64,000 nucleotides of DNA from positions 16,784,058 through 16,848,057 of the forward strand of contig OZ316897.1 of the NCBI GenBank assembly GCA_973895155.1. The letters are read 5' to 3'. The notes under the pieces were generated by a model, which had not been told where the DNA came from, ran no database searches, and worked only from the letters and a program-made list of their open reading frames with translations. The translations under genes were made by a program, and so were the position numbers. Below, piece by piece: positions 1-13,044 of this stretch. Source of the DNA: Marsupella aquatica. Its lineage: Eukaryota; Plantae; Marchantiophyta. Position 1 is the stretch's first letter. The number at the start of each line of letters is the position of its first letter.

Positions 1-1954
1 ACCCCTCCACTAGGTGCGGGACACTATACTCATCATTGTCCAACCACTAGTTGCGACATAAACACTTTGGACACATGTTTTTGTGTTTACTTAAGGCATG
101 ATGCACCTTTGGGGAAATCACTCCCAAGTCGTACGACTTTGGAGTGATTTGCCAAAAGTGTTACCATGCATGCACACCATCACATCCAAAAGGCAAATAA
201 AAGTTGTTTTGTGGTTCTCCAAGAGGTGGTGCTGCACGAATGGAATGGGCAAGGGAGTCGTGCTTCCCTGTATGGTGTGGGTGCGGGTTTAGGGAAGAGG
301 AATATTCCAACCTTGCAAGGAATCTATTGGGGGCTCTCTTTGGAGGTACTAGGGCCTTCATTGGGTCATATGTGACCAACGGACCATCATAAATGCCAAT
401 GACTACAAGAAGGGTCATTAAAACTGTCATTTGTGTGGTCCCTTGTGCAGTCATTAAACAGAAGCACAAATGACAAGTTTGGGGCTAGGGGCTGAATGTA
501 AGAATGAGTGCCACGCGGTCCCACATAGAGCTCACCACCGTTCCACGAGGTGGGGGATACAATACTTTCTATTCCACCACTAGTTGCAGCATAATAAATG
601 TTCAGACATGTTTTTGCGTTTAGGGAAGGCATTATGGAGCACTACAAGAGGAGCATAATTTCATTGGGTCATTTTGGATTAAGGGTATTCATTAATGCCA
701 ATGACTGAAGTGAGGGTCATTGGCGCCGTCATTTTGCATGTCATATAATTCAAATGTTGTGTCATAAAAACCAATTTTGACTACAAATAGTGTCATTGAA
801 ATGGTCATATTAAGTGTCATATAAGACAAATTATTGGACATTTGGTCATTTAAGTGGTCCCTTGTGCAGTCATTGGGGTTGTCATGAATTAAAAAATGAC
901 ATAGTATATCACATATTATCACATCTGAATGTGTAATTCCTTGGACCCAAATTTTTGGGGGCCCCATAAGTGCTAATCAAAATAGTACATATATGGTATA
1001 CCATATCATTCAATACTATATAAACTTCACTATTTTCCTTAAATAAGAGAGTTCACACAAATTATTAACACGTTTTAATCGATGTGTGATTATTGCCAGG
1101 CCGATTTTAGAGTAGGGGTAATAGTTGATCGTGACATGAACAAAATGGTGCGTCTTTGGCAATGACAAAAAATTGAGATCTAATGACTGCAACTAGTGGT
1201 TGTTTTAGACCGAAGTCATACCGAAGTAGGGGTTCTCTTTTTAATTATCAGGACCTTATATAATGTCATTGTGGTATGATATGGGAGGACTCCTATAAGA
1301 AATCACCAGAAATGACCTTATTTGGCCCGGGGCTGCCTATGGGTGGGAGGTGGGCTTCCCTTGAGTTAAAGTTTAGATGGGGGTGTAGAGTCATTTAGGG
1401 TTTAGGGTATTGTGGCCTTATGGGGGTCAGGACATTTTTAGGAGTTTTAGGGTAAGTGAATTACCCTATTGTGTGTGTCTTTTAAGCCCATCCAACGGTA
1501 AACATGACCGGGTTTAGGGGGCGACATTGTTTCCAGCACAAGTGTTCACCATTCGCGCGAGGGCCCTTTTTCCCGAAAACCATCGATCTGCTACGTTGAA
1601 TGTCGTGGTTTCTTGGTGTGCACATATCAGTTTCCAAGCGGAGTGCTCTCACCTTTAGGGTTGCACAAAGTTTAAGTGCTCTTGGGACTTTATCACTGCG
1701 CTGCATAACGTCGGGCAAGCATTGGGCGAGGCATTGTTTGAGTGAAGCCTTGGACCTGGACCCTAAACTATTGACCATTTGCATGCTTTAGAGGAGGAGC
1801 TCCGACCCGAAGCCATTCAGGCTGCCATTGTTTTTGAGTGTGTTGCGCACGTTTGGCGGAGCACCTCGGTAGGACTTGGGCGCTACATGTTTCCAGGAGC
1901 TTTGATTGATTGGCATTGCAATAGCTTCTTTACATTTCCTCCAAGTTGCGGGTG

Positions 1955-2225
1955 AGGAGCGGAGGACGTGCTGCAAGCGGAGGACGAGCGGAGAGCGGAG
2001 GACGAGCGGAGAGCGGAGGACGAGCTCGGGCTGCCAGCGGAGGACGAGCGGAGGGCTGAGCTGCGAGCAGAGGACGAGTTGCAAGCCGAGGACGAGCTCG
2101 GGCTGCAAGCGGAGGACGAGCGGAGGCTGAGCTGCGAGCGGAGGACGAGCGGAGGCTGAGCTGCGAGCGGAGGACGAGCTCGGGCTGAGCTGCGAGCAGA
2201 GGATGAGCTGCGAGCGGAGGACGAG
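1955..2225 (+). repeat. GC-rich short tandem repeat array in the CACTA-1 5' region (core GCGGAGGACGAG with GGCTGAGCTGCGA variants)
   Basis: About 11 copies of (G)CGGAGGACGAG(C), read directly; the overlapping low-complexity ORFs are by-products. Confidence 0.9.
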
Positions 2226-4574
2226 TTCCCCTCCATCTCCATTCGTAGAGTGAGCTTCTTGTCTTTTTGGGACTTTAATTGGGAGTCAAGCTTCTCATTT
2301 CCCACGAAGAGATTTGTTCTACTGCATGCTAATGCCACCGCGTTTCATTCTGTGACACTGAATTTTCTCTTCTAGAGCCTCTAGAGCGTCCACATCTAGA
2401 GACAGATTTCTTCTGTTGAACACCAATAAAAATCCCGTTCCATTCTACTCACAATAATCTAGGGCTGTTGGGAGGAATGCAGAGTGAGTTCTATTGCTGA
2501 TTTGTAGTCTGTTTCTGGGCACTATGCTTGGTCTGTCAATTGCCAACTGTGCTTGTCTGTTATAGTTTGCGGAATTTGATTTGAATGGTGAAAAGCACAC
2601 TCTCTGGATGAAAGTGTCGGCTAAGCGTAGACTGAGCGTTTCATATACGTTTGATTGATATTCCGTTTTGATTGCACAATTCATTTGTTGCGGATCCCTA
2701 CGAGTGCATTTTCTGTTTGTTATTCTCTGCCCCTCAGCACCAAGATCGTTTCCTCAGATCTCAATTCAGCCGTTCGTTGGTGTGAAACATGACTACTGTT
2801 GCTCCTCTCGGTTTCATCCATGCCTGAACGTAGCAATCGGCAGCCATGAAGGTGGGGCCATCACCATTTTCACAATCCATCCAACTAGTAATGTTCGCTC
2901 AACGGCAACCTTAAGTTGTGGCAATTGTGGTACTGTGGACTTTACTGACAAACACATCGGAGAATTTTTGGACACCCTAAAGTGCACTTCCTCTTCTACT
3001 TAAAAATTCAAGCCCTAAGATAATTTCCTTATCTTTGACAAAATAAGAATGGTGATATTGATGTGCGAGCGGAGTAACTATGTGCTCTGTTGTGGGGTAA
3101 GTTCATTCATACCAAGGGGCCAGCTAGCGCACTGCCAACAGCATACAATCCATGCATGGGGAGTGCCAAGCCAATCTAGAGCATTAATTTGAGCATTGTT
3201 TTGCTCTGTATGAGCGACCAGGCCGTCTAGCAAGTACTTTGCTTCATAACAATTGTAAAAGATTCTCAACAGACATTGGCTCTATCCATGCATGAGGAAA
3301 AAGGCAATGTAGAGCATTAATTTGAGGATTTGTTTTCCTCTGAATGAGTGAGCTGCGATCGAACAATGTAAGTACTAGTAAGTACTAGACTACTTGCTAA
3401 CCCTTGCTGGAAAATCTGCGTCAAACATCTGTTCCCACAATCCAAATCTGCGTATGTTGGATCTCTGTTGCGCTCTACTTTCTTTCACAGATTTTTTTGT
3501 CTCTTCCATTTCCTTTCTTGCATCTGAAGTCCGAGGACCATATCAATGTGCCAAAGACTTCTCATTTCTTCACTTTTCGTCTCCCTGCCGTTGGCACTTT
3601 CAACAACTTTTTTTTTACTGAAGAGAAGTGCAGGCATGTATGGTGAATCCTCACTGGATTCCAGCAGCGACTCTGTAGAATTCTGTCGCCAAAAAGTTTT
3701 AGAGTTTCGTGTGTGGTTTGCCAACTGCTGTGCCACCTCAGAGAATTCCTCAGTGGCTTTTGTACAAGCCTTGCTCTTCAACTATGGTAATTTACAACTA
3801 ACTGTCTGACGTTCACACATGATCTCCTTTGGTCTGCAAACTGGACAAAACTAAACTAAAATCAGCTTGGTCAATTTTAAATTCTTCGTAAGGGTCTTTG
3901 ACAGCAGCCCGGTAATGCCACGACTGCACAAAGATAGAGTACGGTGCAGCTTTTGAAAAAGTGGGTGGACCACCAGCTTGTTGAGAGTAAAGCAACTTAT
4001 GGTTCTGTAACAGATGTGTGCAGCAGCTTAAGATGTAGAAGGCACGCAATAAAACTTGATTTTTACAGATTTAAAAAAGGGCAGGGTGATTGAGCACTGC
4101 ATAATGAACTTACAGGTCCGAATCTTGATTTGATTTCACTGCTAAAATTTGTATCTCTTGCCTGAGTCCCAGTTCGCTGGAGTTTTGTTGCTCTCTGTGC
4201 TTTGTTGTGCACATTGTTGTGTTTGCTCTGTCCATTTTAAAACTTGAGAGCCAAATGAATGCTTTGCTGAAACTCAATTGCTATTTGTTCTGTATTGCCC
4301 TTATAGATTTTAAAAAGGCAGGGTGAGTGAGCACTGCTGTACAGGAAGCGAAGGCATACAGGTTGCAATATTTGTGATTGCTTCCAATCATAGGCCAAGG
4401 TTATTTGCGCTGCTCAGTCCTAAATGCTTTGCCATCCATAAAGCATTGGTTTATGCTGCACCCTTGTGGTTACATGTCATATTTTATGCTGCACCCTCAT
4501 TCTTGTGTGTCATGCTGCACCCTATTATTCCTTCTTGTTTCACAATCTGATGTAGGGTCTGAGTGTGCAGGACC

Positions 4575-5234
4575 ATGGCTCGCAATAAGCAGAAGGCCAT
4601 GAATCGTTGTAGAGGTGAATCCTCTCAAGCACCTCAATTGTCCTTATACTCAGACATTGAGATTAACCAGAATAGTCCACATGTATGTGCGATTTGTGAT
4701 GAGGGAGGGGATCTCATTGTTTGTGATGGGCCTTGCCACCGACATTTCCATAAGAATGTTTCCTGTCCTTTGGGTCAGCAATGGCTATGTCCAACTATAT
4801 CCCTGGCTGATGGCCATGTTGGAGAATGGCTTTGTGTTGATTGCAAGAATGAGGAACATTCTTGCTTTAAGTGCCATGTGTCTGGAAAAATGGGTGAAGA
4901 GGTAAGAAAATGTCCAGACCCTCTCTGTGCCCGGTTTTACTGTCAGCAGTGTTTGGTTCCTGGCACAACATCATGTGGACTCCATAGTTGTCTTACTTGT
5001 GGACAGGGGCCCAATGATGGGGCTAATGGCTTTTTGGTTCAGTGCATGAGGTGTCCTAAGGCATGGCACAAGGACTGCCTGCTATTTATCCAGCAGAGGG
5101 GATTTGCCCATGATCGAACAATTTGGGATCACTCAGCGCATGGGCAGCCCAAGAAGGGGATGTTTTACTGTCCTGACCATGACATTGACCCTACACTAGG
5201 CACTCCTGATAGGAGTCACATATCTTGGATTTGA
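4575..5234 (+). CDS. CACTA-1 cargo gene: H3-tail-like N-terminus plus EDM2/NSD-type composite triple PHD cassette (219 aa)
   Basis: ATG at 4575 (MARNKQKA...). Motifs CAICDEGGDLIVCDGPCHRHFH...WLCVDC / CFKC...CPDPLCARFYCQQC / CGLHSCLTC...CMRCPKAWHKDC...YCPDHDIDPTLGTPDRSHISW. Intact and intronless; homologous to 35284-35964. Confidence 0.85.
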   Translation: MARNKQKAMNRCRGESSQAPQLSLYSDIEINQNSPHVCAICDEGGDLIVCDGPCHRHFHKNVSCPLGQQWLCPTISLADGHVGEWLCVDCKNEEHSCFKCHVSGKMGEEVRKCPDPLCARFYCQQCLVPGTTSCGLHSCLTCGQGPNDGANGFLVQCMRCPKAWHKDCLLFIQQRGFAHDRTIWDHSAHGQPKKGMFYCPDHDIDPTLGTPDRSHISWI

Positions 5235-5923
5235 TTGAGGCTGGATGGAACACAAACTTGAGATAGAGTTTTTTGATGGTTTCACGTGGACTTCAACAAT
5301 TTTCAGAGTGCTAAAACATGTGGACTATTTATATGCAGTTTGATGAACTCCTCATGTATACACACTCTACGACAGTGCATTGCGGATTGAGGCAATTAAT
5401 TTTGAGAAATCAACTTTACTATCTTTTCCAGGGTAGGATTCCAGTTTTCATGCATGTGCTTTGAGTGTGACTCGGGTCATTGTTGATGTCTAAACTTCAC
5501 TTGTAAATTTGTCACTGGTGTCACAAACATTACTTATTCCAGACCTGTCTGCTCACATTCCTAATAGGCAAACAAATACTGGAAATGATGAAGGCATAGA
5601 GATTTACGTTCATAGTATCATTCTGATGACACTGTATGTGATGCTCTATTTGTATGCAAGAAGGAGAAGGTGCCCCACTACAATGGATTTGAGAAACTGG
5701 GCTCTGTGGGTTTGAGCAATTGGACTGTGGTTGGCATTGGTTGTACAACTGTGACGGTAGGCCCAATTTTGTATGCATGTCACACCGATTCAGTTTGAAA
5801 ATCATAGTTTGAATACAATTTCAATCAAGCTAGCATGGCACAATTGCCATAGAATACGTTAGGTGTGGGTAGAACTCCAAAGTTGTCGCTCTTCCATCCA
5901 GCTGTACTCTAGCTGATGATGCT

Positions 5924-8900
5924 TTGTGGGTTCGAGAACAAAAGGCCTGCCACAAGAGTGGGGACCATAAGATGTACTGCCCTTGTGTGAACTGCAAAGG
6001 GAATTATAGGACTAATCGGAATACTGCTAGACTACACCTTATTAAACATGGTCGTTACCCTACATGTCGAGTGTGGGTGGGAGAGGGACAGGACTCTTCT
6101 GATGAAGAGTGGGGTGCTGACTACATGTCACAACATGGCCCTGAGGCATTGAGGGTAGCAAACCTTCAGCAGGCATCCTGTGCACAACAGCCAACTGTAG
6201 ATGTTGAAGAACATTTATTTGTAGATGTTCCAGAGTATCCAACTGTGGATGTTCAAGAACATCCAACTATAGATATCGAAGAACATATCAGGGCTCTACT
6301 AGAAGAAACGTTGCTGAGAACCAATGAAGAATCCCCTGAGCATGAACTAGATGATCAGGACCATTTTGACTTGGATTTTATACTTGGGGATGATGAGAGT
6401 GAAGGAGGTGCCCATCCTGTAAACCCCCTTGAAACCTCTGAAACTCCTATGGAGACTGATCCTGCATAGTTATCTTTAGATGCAGCAATGCAACCTTTGT
6501 TCCCAGGCAGCAAAATAGATGTTGTGTCATTCATGTTGCTTCTGCTGAACATCTGTCATGGCCATGGATTCTCAAACAAAGGAGTGAATGCATTGTTGTC
6601 TTTGATGGGGGAGCATGGTATGCCTGCAGAGCATAATCTGCCCAAGAACTTATATGCTGCAAAGCAGCTATTGAGAAAGCTTGGCTTGGATTATGAGAGA
6701 ATCCCTGTCTGTGAGAAAGGTTGCATGCTCTTTAGGGGTGAGAATGCCAAGTTAGAAAACTGTTCAGTGTGTCAGCAGCCCAAGATGAAGAGAGTGGGGA
6801 ATTCATTACAGGCAAGGAAGGTGGTGCGGTATTTCCCTATAATTCCCAGGTTGAAGAGATTGTATGCCACTGCTGGTACATCTAAACTCATGACTTGGCA
6901 TCATGAGAATAGAAGCACAGACAACATGGTTCGGCACACAGCAGATTCAAAGGCTTGGAAGCATGTGGATACAAATATTGATCGGAAATTTGCAGCTGAA
7001 CCAAGGAATGTGCGATTTGGGTTGGCACTTGATGGGGTGAATCCCTTTGGGAATAATTCCACAGCTTGGTCTACCTGGCCAATACTGTTGTTGAATTACA
7101 ATTTACCTCCTTGGCTTACCACCAAGAAGTTCTTTGTCATGCTAGCTATGCTGATTCCAGGACCTGATTCAGTAACAGAGGAACAACTGGACATAATATT
7201 GGGCCCATTCTATGAGGAGCTGGAGCTGTTGTGGAAGAAAGGAGTGCCCTGCTTTGACAAATTGCCACGCCCAGGATTGTCTCAACACTTCAACCTTAGG
7301 GTTGTGCTATTGTGGACAATCAATGATTACCCTGCATATGGTTTAATATCTGGACAACAACACTCTGGATACAAAGGATGTGTCATCTGTGGGCCAGAAT
7401 GTGTGGCACGTGGTTCTAAGCACTTGCAGAAATTAGAGTACAGTGGCCACCGTCGATGGTTAGCAGCAAGGCATCTTTTTCGTAGACCAGACAGTGCACA
7501 ATACTTTGATGGTGCAATTGAGAGTCGACCTACACCGTGTAGAATGACAAGCTCTGATAGAAAGAAGTGGGGAGACGAGACAACAGAATATTTGAAGAAG
7601 GGAGGAACCAAGGTTGAGGATGAGAAATGCCCCATAAAGGTGCATGGAGTGAAGAGGGCTACTAGTCTGTACAAGTTACCCTATTGGAACGTAAGACTCC
7701 ATACTAATACAATGAATTTCTGCAATCTCTTCATATGACTTTGAAATATATTCTCTTCATATACTTCCTGTACCCCAGATTTTGTAATTGTTGTATTCAA
7801 TGCAGTAATTTCTTAATTGTGTCCACTGCACAAACTACTGCCTAGTGATGCCAAAAGTTGTATTCAATGCCCTAATTTCTGAATTGTGTGTCCACTGCAG
7901 AAACTACTCATTAACCATTGTCTAGATCCCATGCACTGTGAGAAGAATCTTGCACACAACATTGTGCACACTATCATTGGGACCAAGGACACTCCTTCTG
8001 TGAGAGAAGACATGAAGCTCTTACAGGTGCGCCAACACCTATGGCTTGTACCCAATCTAGCTCCCAAGCGTAAGGATGACAAATTGTTGATGCCCCCAGC
8101 CCCATATTGCCTGAGCAAGAAGGAAAGAACAAGGTTCTTGGAGGTTTTATTGACCTTGAAAGGGCCCACTGGTTTTTCAAGTTCTTTGGCAAAGTGTGTT
8201 ACAAAATCCAAGAAACTCTCTGGGTTGAAATCACATGATTTCCACCAACTCATGCAACAGATTCTCCCTCTGGCAACAATGGGATTACTTGATGAAGGGG
8301 TTCGCTTGGCCATAGCTGGGGTGAGCAATATCTATCGCCAGATCTGTACGAAGGTGTGGGACCCTTCAATGTATGAGAATTTGATGATGGATGTTGCATT
8401 CACTCTCTGCATTTTGGAAATCCATTTTCCACCAAGCTTCTTTGATGTCATGACCCATTTAATGATTCACCTAGTGGAGGAATTAGACTTGTGTGGCCCA
8501 GTTACAGGCAGATGGATGTACCCAATAGAGAGGAACCTGAAGGTATTGAAGGGTTATGTACGAAACAAGGCACGTCCAGAAGCTTCTATGGCTGAAGGCT
8601 ATGTATTAGATGAGTCTTTGGGATTCCTTTCTGAATACATGATTGATGCAAAGGGAGAGGGAAAACAAACCTGGGAGTTGGAGGAGGATGCTGGCGTTGC
8701 AGGCATTGTTTTGGAAGGGGCTGCAAAGGCGATAACTTTGGATTGGTCTGAAATGATGGCCATGCATCATTATATATTGGAGAATGAAGAGACAGTGGCT
8801 CCATGGTACAGGTACATAAACCCTAAATTATATTGCCCCATTGTGTTTGTATATTCATGGTGGATCATGCACTAATGTCTTCAGTGTTGTTGTTGCCATG

Positions 8901-9768
8901 CAAGATATATGATGCTACCAATGAGACTGTTACCAAACGAAGAGTGGATTTCCGGAAGGAATGGATGAGGAAGCCTGCCAATCGAAGAAAACCGGTGGAA
9001 TTTCCCGCTGATTGCCAAGAATTGTCACCTTTTAGGGAATGGTTTCAAACATTAGTCAATACCCATAATTTTGAGAAAGAGTCTGAGCGGTCATTACTAT
9101 CTGCATACTCCACACCACCTAGTTTGAAGGCACGACTGTATAGGGCATGCAGAGCCTATGGGCACCATTGGAGGACTATTCCATCCTTGGGGTGTTTGAG
9201 TGATTGTGATTCTGGTGCTTTCAGCACTTTTGATTCTGGGATGGCTTCTACATTCACTGAGAAGCGAGTGGACAGGTCTGGTGCAACCATAGACGAATCT
9301 GTACAATATGTAGGGGCCTTGACAGATATCTTGGTACTAAATTACAGCAGCTTGAGGAAAGAGGTGATTCTTTTCAAAGGGAAATGGGCAGATCCATCAT
9401 GGACTCCTAAATCCTCTGCCAGTATGAGGTATTCCGAGTCTGGTCTTTGGTAGGTGAATTTCCATAGAGAACTGGGTGTGTCCAAGAAAATGGATTATGT
9501 TTTCCCAAAGCAAGTGGAGCAGGTTTTCTTCCACCCCAATGAGAAGGGGATAGCATGGAGAACAATCCTCCACAAAGAATCCAGGTCCACAAGGGTGTTA
9601 GGTGATTACACAGACGTTGATTTCTATGCTACAATGGAAAACAATGCCAAATTACACATCGAATTGGCTAAGGCCTGTAGGTCCAGAGCAAATCCAAGAC
9701 CATTGACTGGTCCCAAACGAGGCAGAGATGCAGAGGGATCTGCAAGAAAGGGCAGGCCTAAGCAGTGA
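5924..9768 (+). pseudogene. tnpD: CACTA-1 transposase TnpD/TNP2 (transposase-associated CPCxxC domain, Transposase_21, DUF4218, DUF4216), inactivated
   Basis: Motifs MYCPCVNC, EPRNVRFGLALDGVNPF, WPILLLNYNLPPW, NDYPAYG, DPMHCEKN, GLKSHDFH, FFDVMTHLMIHL, WMYPIER, YVFPKQVEQVFF. Probable GT-AG introns ~7691-7900 and ~8812-8903. In-frame TAG stops at 6467-6469 and 9451-9453. Confidence 0.9.
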
Positions 9769-10319
9769 ATAGGTTTTAGGTGTGTGAAGTCCATAGATGG
9801 ACTACATGTATGGACTATATATGAAATCAGACTAATGGTTTACCCATTTGTGCAGTTGGTGAATGCAGCCTGTGAAAGGAAGATTGCAGGGGTTGTCACA
9901 TTCTATGAATCCTTATGAGGAGGCCTGAAATCGGAACATAGAGCATAATGTCAGAATTATGCGTGATCTAGGACTGGGGCCAGACTGCAAGCTAATGTGT
10001 GTGTTAATATGTTTGTTGCAAATTTGATTCAGTAGATGGAGTTGTCAGGTTCCTTTTCTGTTTTCATATTCCAGATTGGTCTCATACTAGTATGGATCCT
10101 GTACATAAGTACTAGTGTTATGGTGTTGTAGATTCATTTTGCATGTATGTTTGATCGATCTGCATTGGTGTATGTTGATGATTGCTTTAATTGTTCCTTA
10201 GAGGCCCAACCACACATGTACAACGAGAGAGAGGAAAGCCTACTTTGGTGAAAGGTACTTCAACTGAAACATTGCCAAAGAGGAGGAGCTCTAGACTATC
10301 AGAAGTTACCAAGGTGAAC

Positions 10320-13044
10320 ATGGCAGAGTCTGGTGATGATGGCTATGGTTCTCCTTCTGGGTATGACACTGAGGATTGTGACATTGGAGGGTCAGAACCA
10401 GAGAGTGAACAACAGGTAATGCTTGAACTTCATCATCCTAATAGGAAGGGATCCTTGTCCCTTTTTCAAATTATATGTTGATATGCTTACGTTGTCCATG
10501 ATGTAGGTACAGAAACAAAATCATGGTCCTAAGAAGACTGGGCCTGGTGGAGGTGGGCTGGTGAGATGTTGGAAAGACCCAGACACTGGACTCTTATATG
10601 AAAGTGAGTGGATTGTACTGTTCTACTTTTCAGGTGTGTTTGGAAGTTGATATTCTACTTGGAAATGAAATTAATTGAAGTGCTTTGGTGTTGTGTGTTT
10701 GTTTAGTGGTTCCATCAGCATCTGAAGGCAGATCAGGTCAATCTGATGTACTACTACATTCCAGAGGATCTTCAGGTAATACACAATCTGCTTGTCATGC
10801 ATATGCAAGTGCATTTGCTGTACTTTTCAATCATGTACATATTTTTTGATTGAATGCATGTGTGTGCATTGCAGGCGGGGCCTCTAAGATGCGCAGGGAA
10901 CGAAGGCATGCTAAGAAGCAGTTTGATAATACTGCCAAACAACGAAGGGATTGCGGAGAGTTGCCCAAACACATTAAAGTGAGTATTGTACTTTTTTTGA
11001 ATGTAGATTTAGACAAATCTGATCCTCTCTGTTGTTGTGTGTATAAAACCTGGACTCTGCATAAATTCCAGAGTTATGATCTGACATTGTCTATGAAATG
11101 CAGATTTATGACAATGATATTGATGATTCTGATGGCAACAAACAATACTGGCTGGAGGAACTTCATGGCAATGTACTCAGAGTCTTTGATGTATCAAAGC
11201 CAAAATGGACTGATCATCCACAAGTTCATACAACCACAGTGTGGAATAACATGGCAGCTGAGTGGGAGTATGTGGGTGGGGAATTTATTAAGACCAAATT
11301 CCAGAGTCATTGTCGTGGCATATTGAAGAGAGAGCGCCATAAAATGCATGTTTACTGGAAGAAAGTTTGCAATGAGGATCCAACCAAACCTGGGCCATCT
11401 GGTGTTGATCCAAAGAAATGGGCAGCTTTGGTATCTCATTTTACCAGTCCAGCATTGATATCTTTGAGTAAATAGATGACTGATAAAAGAGCACGAGTGC
11501 AAGATACCTCTCACTTTGGAAGGAGGGCATGCTGCAGCAGCAAAGAGAATGGTAAATTGTGGCCTGTATCATTTTCACTATCAATTCTGTCTTGTTTGTG
11601 AATCTTGATGAAAACAGACTCTGTGATTCTCATTCATTGTGTGTTTGAACAGAAGCAGAAGAGAGGATCAAGCCCAGGTATATCTGACCTGAAAGAAAAC
11701 CATGGTAGTCAGGGTTCATTGCCAAAGGTGACAATGAGCCCATCATTGGCAAGTGCAGAAGGTCAGACTGGTAGTTTTGTGGGAGCAAAGGTGAGCCCAT
11801 CATTGGCAAGTGGGGAGGGTAAAAGTGCTAGCTTACTGGGGCAAGGAAACAGACATGGATCAGCTGTGAGTATACTCATACCAATTTGATTTGTACATCA
11901 TTCTCCATTTGACAGAGTGTTGTGTCGTTTGTAAGTTTGACAGTGAGAATGTTGTGTTGGTTTGTGGTTCATTTACAGACCCCACATTCAAAAGAAGAGA
12001 TCACTGCCATTGGGGCTGTGAAATTGGATGTTGATGAGTTGAAAGGCACTGTGAGAGAGTTGACAAACATGATGACTACGTGGATGGCACATCACACCAG
12101 TAATGCACAAGTTCCAACAGTTGTACCTAGTCACAGTAAGTTGACTACAACTACCAAACAAGGTAGTAGAAAGTGATCTCTTACTTTTTCAGGTGATAAT
12201 GAAGGTAAAATTCTCTATCATGTATACACTGTCCATTCAATGTAATTATTGTGATGTGTATATGTCATTTCATGCTTATAATGTTCTTGCATGTTTTTAG
12301 TGTGATTATATGTTGTTGGTGTATACATGTTTGTTTATGCATTTCTTTTGTGTGTGTTTTATGACAGCATCTTTAGGGGAGCCTCCTGTGTCGCAGGGAA
12401 GACCAACTGACACAGCTAACAGTACTCTGAAGCAAACTGAATTGGAAGTGAACCTTTTGCCATCTAAGTTGCCCAAAGAAGCCATTTCAGATGCCTTTCA
12501 GTTGCCAGAGGATAAGTCAAATCCGTTGACACCAGATGTAACCCTAGAATCATCTGAGTTGCCAAAAGAAACTCCTGTTCCAAGTGAGCAGGATGACACT
12601 CCATCAACTAGAAAGGGAAAGAAGAAAAGGAAGAAAGGATCCTCAGCAAATGCATCACCTGCACAGAAGAAACCAATGCAGTCTCCTAACCCCATTGCAA
12701 AGGTAAATGTGTGTTTGATTTGAGTGTTCTTCTATCTTTCAATTTTTGTTTATTGCATTTTTAACAAAATGTGTTGTTCACAGTTTGCAAGAGGAGATTT
12801 GGTGAAGATGAAGAGTGTTGTGGACAATTCCATGATAGTGGCAGAAGGTGAGGTGACAGGGCTGCCAGGAGAAGATAAGTTTCATTGTGCAGATTTTGAA
12901 AGCCCTTTCTTGTGAGTGCGTGTGATTGAAGTGTTTGTAGATGTGGCATTGCCATTTGCCAATGCAGGGGAGAACCAGTCTAAATTATCTGATGTGAAAG
13001 GGATGAATGCCCTATGGAACTCTAGATTGCTTAAGAAGCAATAG
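10320..13044 (+). pseudogene. tnpA: CACTA-1 TnpA/TNP1-like multi-exon gene, inactivated
   Basis: Exon with ILKRERHKMHVYW...PSGVDPKKWAALVSHF (Ptta/En/Spm-like) and a C-terminal VAEGEV...KFH...LPF...ALW domain. Many GT/AG-bounded short exons; in-frame stops at 11473 and 12913. Exon boundaries approximate. Confidence 0.75.

Noticed and set aside
45-590. CACTAG motifs at ~45 and ~578 as the left end of CACTA-1
   Set aside because: They continue TTGC rather than TAGAAA, are not preceded by GCA, and are part of an internal ~530-bp-spaced duplication.
1788-2338. Overlapping repetitive ORFs (SSSAR / AEDE / RRTSG)
   Set aside because: By-products of a stop-free tandem repeat, open in several frames.
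4575-5234. PHD ORFs as fragments of a host EDM2 or NSD gene
   Set aside because: Intronless, self-contained with own start and stop, no flanking EDM2/SET exons, and present at equivalent positions inside two different CACTAs.
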